From Solirubrobacterales bacterium (GTDB lineage: Bacteria > Actinomycetota > Thermoleophilia > Solirubrobacterales > 70-9): a stretch of DNA of 64,000 bases. Both the position numbers and the translations under genes were made by a program. Shown here one piece after another: positions 32,440 through 39,205 of the stretch. Position 1 is the stretch's first letter. The number at the start of each line of letters is the position of its first letter. The notes below the pieces were generated by a model, which was not told where the DNA came from, ran no database searches, and saw only the letters and a list, made by a program, of their open reading frames with translations. The stretch is from assembly GCA_035266025.1 (NCBI GenBank), contig DATFOB010000009.1, forward strand, positions 454-64,453. Reading direction: 5' to 3'.

Positions 32440-34440
32440 CTAGTACCCAGCCTGCTCGGCCACGCTGCTCACCCCGTTCTCGCGGCTGACGGCGATGTGG
32501 AGCGAGCACTGGTCGACGATGTCGTCGGTGTGGGAGATGACGAAGATCTGCTGGAACTCGCCGCGGGAGAGCTCGATCAGCTGGTCCATCAGCATCCGGC
32601 GGCGGCCGACGTCCTGGCTGCCGAAGACCTCGTCGAGGATGACGAAGCTCTGTTCGGTTCCCCGCTGCTCGGCGAGGGTCCGGGCGAGGGCCAGGCGGAG
32701 GCAGAGGGCGGCGAGATCCTGCTCGCCGCCGGAGAAGCGTTTGCTCAGGTAGAAGTCCCGGCCCTCGGCGATCTCGAGGAAGTAGTCCTCGGTCAGGCGG
32801 ACCCGGGGGTAGGCCGCTTCGGTGATCTGCCGCAGCAGCCGGGAGGCTTCGGCTTCCACCATTGGGCGGGCGCGGCGCGAGGCCTCCTCCCGGTACTCCT
32901 CGAGCGCGCCCGCCAGGGCGGCGCGCAGCTCTAGCTCGCGACGCTCCTCGTCGATCCGCTTCTTCAGCTTGCTCGCGTCATTGAGCCGGCTGCGCGCGGC
33001 GGCGACCGCCTCGGACTCGGCTGAGGCCTTCCGGTTTGCCTCCTCCAACGCCTCGCGAGCGACCTCCAGGACCTCGCTCAGCCGGTCCCGTTCGGCGCTC
33101 ATCTCCTCCTGCGCCCCCGGCTCCGGGGCGATTTTGTCGGCGCTCTTGCGCAGCCTCGCGACCTCTTTGGCGGCTTCCTCGACTTCCTTGCTCTGTGCCT
33201 TGACCTGCTTTTCGAGCAGTTGCGCGCCGGCCGCCTGCTCGCGAAGGACGGCCATCCGGCGGGTCATCTCCTCCCGCTGCTCGAGCGCGGCCTTGGTCGC
33301 CGCCTCCAGCGCGACGAGCTCGCGATCGAGCTCGTCGTGGCGCCGGCGAGCGGCGGCGATCGCCGTGTCGAAGTCGGCGATCAGATCCTCGACGGTTCCC
33401 GCCAATTGCTGATGACAAGTCGGGCAGACCCCCGACTCGCCCTCCCCGGCCAAGGCCTCGCGGTGCCGTTCCTGATGCGCGAGCTCGGCTTTTGCCTCGG
33501 CGCGCCGGTCGCGCAGCTCTCCCAAGCGGTCGGCGTCGGCCGCCTCCAAAGCGCTGAGCGCGTCGAGACCCTCGCTCCCGCGCAAGGCGATTTCGAGCTC
33601 GGCCAGCTGCGATCTCGCCGCGAGCGCCGTCCGCAGCTGCTGGTCCCTGCCCTCGAGGCTCTCCTTCTTCAGCCTGAAGACGCCATCGGCCCGCTCGACC
33701 TCCAGGCGCCGCGATGCGTGTTTGCCGACCTGGGCGGCGAGCTTGTCGATTTCCGCGTTGGTCTTTTTCAGCCTCGCCTCGCCGGTAGCGATCTCTTTCT
33801 TCAGCCGTTTCACCGCGGGCGCCGCGTCGCGCGCCTCTTTTTCGCGCCGTTTGGCCTCCGCTTTGAGCTCGTCGACGTCGGGCGCCTCGCTGCGCAATCC
33901 CTCCAGGACCAGGCCCTGCTCGCGCGCATCGACCTCGGCGAGTTCGACCGCTTTGCGGAGGTGGCGGATGCCGAGCAGGCGCTCGAGCTGGTCTTTGCGC
34001 TTCCGCGGGTCTTTGTCGGCGAGGGCCTCGACCTCGTTCTGGGGTGCGTAGAAGGTGCCGCGAAACATCTCCCTGGTCAGGCCGAGGCGCACCGCCACCT
34101 CCCGCGAGGTGCTGCTGAGCCCGTTGGCGAGCTGCTCCTCCTCGGCGACGTCGGTAAGCGAGGCGTCCTTGCCGTCGATCCGGGTGACACGGAGCAGGCG
34201 GCCGCCGACTTCGAATTCCAGGGTGACCTGGCATTCCTCCCGCTTCACGCCCTCGCGTGCGACCCGGGTGGCGCCGGGGCCGCCCCTGCCGCCGTAGAGC
34301 ACCCACTCGATCGCGGCGAAGATCGTGCTCTTGCCGGCGCCGTTGACGCCGGTGATCGCGAAGACGCCGGAGGCGTTGAGGTCGAGGTCGATTTCGGCGA
34401 AGGAGCGGAAGTTCTCCGCCTCCAGGCGCAGCAGCCTCAC
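32440..34440 (-). CDS. sbcC: SbcC/Rad50-like ATPase (short, 666 aa)
   Basis: The GTG at 34440 forms a GTGA overlap with the sbcD stop. Walker A is ITGVNGAGKSTIF. A long coiled coil carries the zinc hook GVCPTCHQ. The signature motif is FSGGEQDLAALCLRLALA and the Walker B/D-loop is FVILDEVFGSQD. The 153 Arg-rich upstream codons of the track ORF were rejected. Confidence 0.85.
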   Translation of the reverse strand: MRLLRLEAENFRSFAEIDLDLNASGVFAITGVNGAGKSTIFAAIEWVLYGGRGGPGATRVAREGVKREECQVTLEFEVGGRLLRVTRIDGKDASLTDVAEEEQLANGLSSTSREVAVRLGLTREMFRGTFYAPQNEVEALADKDPRKRKDQLERLLGIRHLRKAVELAEVDAREQGLVLEGLRSEAPDVDELKAEAKRREKEARDAAPAVKRLKKEIATGEARLKKTNAEIDKLAAQVGKHASRRLEVERADGVFRLKKESLEGRDQQLRTALAARSQLAELEIALRGSEGLDALSALEAADADRLGELRDRRAEAKAELAHQERHREALAGEGESGVCPTCHQQLAGTVEDLIADFDTAIAAARRRHDELDRELVALEAATKAALEQREEMTRRMAVLREQAAGAQLLEKQVKAQSKEVEEAAKEVARLRKSADKIAPEPGAQEEMSAERDRLSEVLEVAREALEEANRKASAESEAVAAARSRLNDASKLKKRIDEERRELELRAALAGALEEYREEASRRARPMVEAEASRLLRQITEAAYPRVRLTEDYFLEIAEGRDFYLSKRFSGGEQDLAALCLRLALARTLAEQRGTEQSFVILDEVFGSQDVGRRRMLMDQLIELSRGEFQQIFVISHTDDIVDQCSLHIAVSRENGVSSVAEQAGY

Positions 34441-35555
34441 GCGCCGATGTCCTCTGCCGCGCGGGTCATGTAGTTCTCGCCGCGGGTGACGAAGACCTCC
34501 GCCTCGACGCCGGGGGGGACGCGGCGGGAGAGGAACTCGCGCAGCTCCGCGGGGGCTGCCGGCTGCGGCAGCCCGGTCCGAGCCTCGGTGAACTCGGGCT
34601 CGAGCTCGAGGTGGAGGCAGTGGCCGAACGCCTCGGCGATCTTGCGACGGTCGATCGCCCCGTACTTCTCGAAGCTGACGTTGGCGATCGGCACCTTGAC
34701 GATCGCCCCTTCCAGCCCCTTCCCTTTCGCCAGCCGGGAGATCGCCTTGGTGAGATCGTCGACTTTGCCGGCGTCGAGGGCGGGGAGGCGCTTGCGCGGT
34801 CGTCCCTCGATCTCGTGCAGCTCGAGGAAGGCGTCGTCGAGGGGCTCGGCGGCGAGGTCGATTCCGACGATCCCCTTGCGGCGCGCCTGATCGGCCCAAC
34901 TCAGCCGTTCCAGCGAGCCAGGGTAGACCGCGTTGACGCGCGGGCGCTCGAGCTGGTGGAGGTGGCCGAGGGCGATGTAGTCGAAGCTCGCCACCTGCTC
35001 GAGCAACTCTCCTGGCAGCTCCACCGCCCCCGGCTCGCCGGCGCCGACGCGGGCGAGGCCCTCGAGGCCGGCGTGGGCGACGAGGACGTTGAAGCGGGCG
35101 TCCGGGTCGGGCTCCGCCGCGGCGATCCAGCCGGCCATCGCCTCCGGATCGTTGCTGTGGGGGACGGCGGTGACGCCGAGGTCACCGAAGCGCAGCCGGC
35201 GTGGCTCGCCGTGGACGGCGTTGACGCCGAAGCGCTCCAGCAGCGAGAACGGGTGGGCGATCGCCCGCACCCGCGGGGTCTCGTGATTGCCGGCGATGAC
35301 CACGAACTCGATTCCCGCCGTGCGCAGGCGCTCGATCTGATCGAGCGCCACGCCCAGCGCCGCGGAGAACGGGTGGTAGCCGTGGAAGAGATCGCCGGAG
35401 TGGACGACGAGCGCCGGTTCGAGCTCGAGCACCCGGTCGATCGCCGTTGCCAACGCTTCGTAGACATCCTGCTCCCGCAGGTTGTGTCCCTCGGCGTCGG
35501 TGTGGTGGAGCTCCCGCCAACCGAGGTGCGTATCGGAAAGGTGGACGATCTTCAC
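34437..35555 (-). CDS. sbcD: SbcD/Mre11-like nuclease (calcineurin-like phosphoesterase)
   Basis: The phosphoesterase motifs are present in order: MKIVHLSDTHLG, VVHSGDLFHG, VIAGNHETP, LVAHAGLEG and ALGHLHQ. The GTG start forms a GTGA overlap with the upstream peptidase stop. Confidence 0.9.
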   Translation of the reverse strand: MKIVHLSDTHLGWRELHHTDAEGHNLREQDVYEALATAIDRVLELEPALVVHSGDLFHGYHPFSAALGVALDQIERLRTAGIEFVVIAGNHETPRVRAIAHPFSLLERFGVNAVHGEPRRLRFGDLGVTAVPHSNDPEAMAGWIAAAEPDPDARFNVLVAHAGLEGLARVGAGEPGAVELPGELLEQVASFDYIALGHLHQLERPRVNAVYPGSLERLSWADQARRKGIVGIDLAAEPLDDAFLELHEIEGRPRKRLPALDAGKVDDLTKAISRLAKGKGLEGAIVKVPIANVSFEKYGAIDRRKIAEAFGHCLHLELEPEFTEARTGLPQPAAPAELREFLSRRVPPGVEAEVFVTRGENYMTRAAEDIGA

Positions 35556-36133
35556 GGCAAAGGTGGTAGCAGCTTCAGCAGGCGCAGGCGAAGCCGCATC
35601 GCCGGAACCGAGACCTCGAAGCGCTTCGCCAGCGCCGGCAGGTTGAACCCGGTGGCGTGGGCTTGCTCGTTGACGAGGGGCTCCGGCATCAGCAGCTCGG
35701 AGGCGAAGATGTTGGCCTCGCGCTCCCGCCGGCGGCGGTCGGAGAGCTTGGCCGAAGAGGAGCGCTCGTCGATCTCTTTGATGTCGACGGCCCGGTCCGG
35801 GAAGACCTTGTGGACCACGGGCACGTGGAGGACGAGGTGGCCGACCTCGTGGGCGATCGTGAAGCGGCGCCGCCCGGGGCTGCGCCGTGCCTCGCCGCGG
35901 TCAACCCAGACGACCATCTCCTCGGCGTCGAGCATCCCGGAGAGGCGGCCCTGGTCGGCGGGGGCGCCCGGCAGCGTGCGGATGTCGTCGGCTTCGTCGA
36001 CGAAGAGACCGAGCAGGGCGCTGGCTATCCGCTCGACCGGGACGGGCGGCGCCTCGCCGACGTCGTAGCGCTCCTCGAAGTCGCGCAGCAGAGCCTGCGC
36101 GGCTGCGGCCGGCTCAAGCGTCGGGGCCGCCAT
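35552..36133 (-). CDS. ImmA/IrrE-family (COG2856, M78-like) zinc metallopeptidase
   Basis: The zinc motif HExxH occurs in FTIAHEVGHLVLH, followed downstream by REREANIFASELLMPEPLV. The ATG at 36133 overlaps the upstream gene by 20 nt. Confidence 0.85.
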   Translation of the reverse strand: MAAPTLEPAAAAQALLRDFEERYDVGEAPPVPVERIASALLGLFVDEADDIRTLPGAPADQGRLSGMLDAEEMVVWVDRGEARRSPGRRRFTIAHEVGHLVLHVPVVHKVFPDRAVDIKEIDERSSSAKLSDRRRREREANIFASELLMPEPLVNEQAHATGFNLPALAKRFEVSVPAMRLRLRLLKLLPPLP

Positions 36134-36764
36134 GGAAGAGCCGCTCGACGAGCTCGACCTCCGGGTCGGGAAGGCGCTCGGCCTCCGAGCGCGACGGCGG
36201 CGGGCGATCGCCGCCGCTTCGTCCCATCGCCGGGACGCTGCGCAGGGACGGGCCTTCCTTGGCGGGGCGCGCGGCGGCGAGGACGTCGCCGGCGTCGGCT
36301 TCGAAGACCGCGGCCAGGGAGTTGAGCAGGCGGCGCGAGAGCTTGGAGCCGAGCAGGGCCCCGGTCTCGAGGCGGTGGTAGTTGCGGGCCAGTGCCTGGC
36401 GTCCCTCCTCCCCCTCCACCTCGAAGTCCGCGGCCAGCTCCGCGACGACGGCGTCCGGCTCGATCCCGCGCGCGTTCCGCATCGCTTTCAGCGTCCCCGG
36501 CAGGATGCCGGAGGTGCCGCGGCTCCCGAGGACTTCCTCGACGATCGCGAGGGCGCGCTTGTACCCCTCGCTTTCGGTGCCGCCGCTCGAAGACTCCCCC
36601 GGCCCCCGAGCGAGGAAGACGTCGGCCAGCATCTGGCTCAGCTGCGGCCTGTCCTCCTCCGGGACGAGGCGCAGGTAGGACTCGATCGGCTTTTCCTCCC
36701 CTTCCCGGAGGTCGTCGAGCGCCTGCTGGAAGGCTCGCTCGAAAGCGTCTTCGCCCGCGCTCAT
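36114..36764 (-). CDS. XRE-type HTH domain protein (putative partner/substrate of the ImmA-like peptidase)
   Basis: The central segment LPGTLKAMRNARGIEPDAVVAELAADF...ARNYHRLETGALLGSKLSRRLLNSLAAVFEADAGDV fits the HTH_XRE pattern. I preferred the ATG at 36764 (ATGA overlap with the upstream stop) to the TTG at 36776. Confidence 0.6.
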   Translation of the reverse strand: MSAGEDAFERAFQQALDDLREGEEKPIESYLRLVPEEDRPQLSQMLADVFLARGPGESSSGGTESEGYKRALAIVEEVLGSRGTSGILPGTLKAMRNARGIEPDAVVAELAADFEVEGEEGRQALARNYHRLETGALLGSKLSRRLLNSLAAVFEADAGDVLAAARPAKEGPSLRSVPAMGRSGGDRPPPSRSEAERLPDPEVELVERLFHGGPDA

Positions 36765-37204
36765 GAGGTCTCCCAATCGTTCGGCCGGACCTGGCCGATT
36801 TCGATCGCCTCGTCGAGGCCCTTGATCAGGCGGACGCGCGGTGAGCGCGCCGAGAGCCGCGGCGGCTTCGGCTGCTGCGGCCAGGCGCGGTCGACGCAGG
36901 CGGCGGCGACTTCGGCGGCGAGGGCGTGGATCTGCGGCTGCGGCTCGGGCCGGGAGAGGCGCAGCAGCATCCGCGCCGCCGCGTCCTCGGTCGCCAGCTC
37001 GATCTCCTCCGCACCGAGGCCGCGCGCCTCGCCGCGGCGCCGGCAGACCCGCTCGATCACCGGCACGCCGCGGAGGCAGAGGGTCCAGAGGACGAACTCG
37101 AAGCGCTTGTCGTCGTGGACGACGGTTTCCGCGCGGACCGCCTCCAGCCGCAGGTCGTCGAGCATTTCGATCGCTCTCTCCTCGATGGGATCGAACTTTG
37201 ACAT
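36761..37204 (-). CDS. Hypothetical 147-aa protein within the sigma/SbcCD operon
   Basis: It starts with an ATG 4 nt after the sigma-gene stop and is coupled to the next gene by an ATGA overlap. I recognise no motif, and the composition is protein-like. Confidence 0.5.
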   Translation of the reverse strand: MSKFDPIEERAIEMLDDLRLEAVRAETVVHDDKRFEFVLWTLCLRGVPVIERVCRRRGEARGLGAEEIELATEDAAARMLLRLSRPEPQPQIHALAAEVAAACVDRAWPQQPKPPRLSARSPRVRLIKGLDEAIEIGQVRPNDWETS

Positions 37205-37208
37205 ACGC

Positions 37209-37829
37209 CTAAACCGCTCCCCGATCGCGCTGTCTTACACCTGTCGGCGCGTTCTCCCGCATCTTCTTGACGATCCGATGCCAGGCGGTGTCGACGGCGC
37301 CGCGTTTCATCCCGTGCCGCTCGGCGATCTCGGCCGGCGAGAGGTCGAGGACGAGGCGGTCGTGGGCGAGCGCGCGCTCGCGCTCATTGAGCCCCTGGAA
37401 GTAGAAGTCGAGGTCGGCTGCTGCTTCCCCTGCGGCCGGAACCGGCGGCCGCGGGTCGATCGCCACCAGCTCGCCGGGGTCGACCGGCTTCGACCGGGTC
37501 CGCGCCGAGCGGCGCCAGTAGTCCTTGATCGCGTAGTTGAGGTTGGCGGCGGCGACCCCGCGGAAGGAGGTGTCGAACTCGAGCTTCGTCCGCAGCAGCT
37601 GCGCCAGCCGCCGCAGCAGGTCCTGGGCGATCTCCTCGGCGTCGGCCGCGGGATCGTCGACCCCGCCGATCTTGCCGTAGGCGATCGAACGGCCCCAGTT
37701 CCAGTAGGGCTCGATCAACCGCGTGATCGCCTCCCGTTCGCCCGCCACGTCGCCGGCGGCACGCGCCGCCCGCGCCCGCCGCAGCAGGCGCTCGTCGCGC
37801 TCTTCGCTCTGATTCAAATTTCCGCTCAT
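37209..37829 (-). CDS. Sigma-70-family (ECF-like) RNA polymerase sigma factor
   Basis: The region 2-like segment is AEEIAQDLLRRLAQLL...FRGVAAANLNYAIKDYWRR. The region 4 HTH is LNERERALAHDRLVLDLSPAEIAERHGMKRGAVDTAWHRIVKKMRE. I chose the ATG at 37829 as start; the ORF opens at 37907. Confidence 0.7.
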   Translation of the reverse strand: MSGNLNQSEERDERLLRRARAARAAGDVAGEREAITRLIEPYWNWGRSIAYGKIGGVDDPAADAEEIAQDLLRRLAQLLRTKLEFDTSFRGVAAANLNYAIKDYWRRSARTRSKPVDPGELVAIDPRPPVPAAGEAAADLDFYFQGLNERERALAHDRLVLDLSPAEIAERHGMKRGAVDTAWHRIVKKMRENAPTGVRQRDRGAV

Positions 37830-37960
37830 CCCGGCTTTGCGACCTTTACCCACTAAGCCGCGGAACACTTCGGATTTCTTACGGACGAAGATAGTTGTCT
37901 GAGCCACCGGTCAGGGTTAGGTTGGTCAAGGCAGGTCTACTGGTAGTGGAGAGGATTGAG

Positions 37961-38353
37961 ATGGAGGGATCACGAAGGGCTTCCGAACGGCAGCCGTCAG
38001 GCTGGACGGTCTTCACCGGAGTGCTGCTGCTGCTGATCGGATCGCTGGACGCGCTGTGGGGTCTTGCTGCAGTCCTCAACAACGACGTGGTGGTGGTCGG
38101 AGGGCACGGGGTCCTCGTCGCCGACGTCACCCTCTGGGGCTGGATCCACCTGATCCTCGGCTCGATCGTCGCCATCACCGGAATGATGCTCTTCGCCGGC
38201 AGCCCCACCGCGAGGGTCCTGGCGATCTTCTTCGTCACGATCAACGCGATCGCGCAGATCGTCTGGTTCCCACTGGCGCCGCTCTGGGCGTTCCTGATCA
38301 TCCTGCTCGACGTGACCATCATCTACCAGCTCACCGCCCGCTGGGACGAGTAG
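37961..38353 (+). CDS. Small integral membrane protein (4 TM helices)
   Basis: The ATG at 37961 is preceded by GGAGAGG. Helices include GWTVFTGVLLLLIGSLDALWGLAAVL, LWGWIHLILGSIVAITGMMLF and VLAIFFVTINAIAQIVWF. Confidence 0.65.
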   Translation: MEGSRRASERQPSGWTVFTGVLLLLIGSLDALWGLAAVLNNDVVVVGGHGVLVADVTLWGWIHLILGSIVAITGMMLFAGSPTARVLAIFFVTINAIAQIVWFPLAPLWAFLIILLDVTIIYQLTARWDE

Positions 38354-38375
38354 TGGGGAGAGTGGCGAGGGCCGC

Positions 38376-38795
38376 TCAATCTCCACGCAGCTCGGAGAGC
38401 AGGCCCTGCGGGGTGAGGATCCGCACGCCGCCACGCTCGCCGATGGGTAGCAGGTGCTTCCGGTCGCCCGAGGCCAGGACGTCGGCCCCGACCTCGATCG
38501 CGGAGGCGAGGATGAGGTCGTCGGCGGGGTCTCCGGTCACCGGCTCCGGGGCCCCGGCCGGGGCCCTGACCGCCTGCACCGCGAGCTCTCTGAGCAGCGC
38601 CTCGGCCTCGCTCCACCGCTGCGGCTCGAAGTCGAGCTTCTCGGTGAGGATGCGCTCCAGCTCGACTACCACCGGGTCGAAGAGGACCAGCTCGAAGTGA
38701 CCGTCGATCGCTTCCTCGAGAACCCTGCTCGGCGGTCCCGCCGCGATGAAGGCGGAGACGAGGACATTGGTGTCGAGACCGGCCCGCAGGCTCAG
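38376..38795 (-). CDS. PIN-domain toxin (VapC-like) with no canonical start codon
   Basis: My own translation upstream of the track ORF gives LSLRAGLDTNVLVSAFIAAGPPSRVLEEAIDGHFELVLFDPVVVELERIL...ASAIEVGADVLASGDRKHLL, a complete PIN pattern. The only start-like codon near the N-terminus is the CTG at 38795 (CTGA overlap with the antitoxin stop). Confidence 0.55.
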   Translation of the reverse strand: MSLRAGLDTNVLVSAFIAAGPPSRVLEEAIDGHFELVLFDPVVVELERILTEKLDFEPQRWSEAEALLRELAVQAVRAPAGAPEPVTGDPADDLILASAIEVGADVLASGDRKHLLPIGERGGVRILTPQGLLSELRGD

Positions 38796-39028
38796 CGCCG
38801 CCGGGATCGCAGCTCGTCGACCACAGCCTCGGTGTCCTCGGGCCCGATCCCGAGCTTCTCGGCGCGCTCGCGACCGTAGCGCTGCAGGCCCGAAAGGCGC
38901 GTCACCTGCAGCTGGCGGCGCAGCGCGTCACGGACGACCTCGCTCTTGGTCTTGCCCACGCTGCGGGCAAGGGCCTCGGTCTCCTCGGCGAGGTCATCGG
39001 GAAGCGACACTGACAGCAGACGGCTCAT
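38792..39028 (-). CDS. Ribbon-helix-helix (CopG-like) antitoxin
   Basis: MSRLLSVSLPDDLAEETEALARSVGKTKSEVVRDALRRQL fits the RHH pattern, and the gene lies immediately upstream of the PIN gene. Confidence 0.75.
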   Translation of the reverse strand: MSRLLSVSLPDDLAEETEALARSVGKTKSEVVRDALRRQLQVTRLSGLQRYGRERAEKLGIGPEDTEAVVDELRSRRR

Positions 39029-39058
39029 ATGAAGACATCATATCGCCCCCCTCGAATA

Positions 39059-39131
39059 TGGCGAGGGCGGGATTCGAACCCGCGACACCACGATTTTCAG
39101 TCGTGTGCTCTACCAACTGAGCTACCTCGCC
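39059..39131 (-). tRNA. tRNA-Phe (anticodon GAA)
   Basis: The reverse strand reads GGCGAGGTAGCTCAGTTGGTAGAGCACACGACTGAAAATCGTGGTGTCGCGGGTTCGAATCCCGCCCTCGCCA. It folds as a cloverleaf with a 7-bp acceptor stem, anticodon loop CTGAAAA and T-loop GGTTCGAATCC. CCA is not encoded. Confidence 0.95.
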
Positions 39132-39205
39132 TCACGCGCCTGAACGGCTGGGCGCTGCGGGAAGGCTAGCGGTCCGAAGGGGGCCGTGGCTGATTGCATG
39201 ACGGG

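Noticed and set aside
34441-34899. An N-terminal 153-codon extension of the SbcC ORF. There are analogous extensions at 13776..14147, 48113..48526, 3004..3153, 43105..43236, 225..404 and 30134..31252.
   Set aside because: The extensions are Arg-rich low-complexity sequence overlapping the upstream gene. Internal starts give canonical N-termini (Walker A region, signal peptides) and classic ATGA/GTGA coupling.
32440-39131. A genomic island integrated at tRNA-Phe, covering the TA pair, membrane protein and sigma/SbcCD operon on the 3' side of the tRNA.
   Set aside because: There is no integrase or recombinase in the window. I could not find a direct repeat of the tRNA 3' end (GGTTCGAATCCCGCCCTCGCC) elsewhere by eye. 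The G+C content of 32-38 kb looks like the chromosomal background. A computed repeat search would be needed to exclude this fully.
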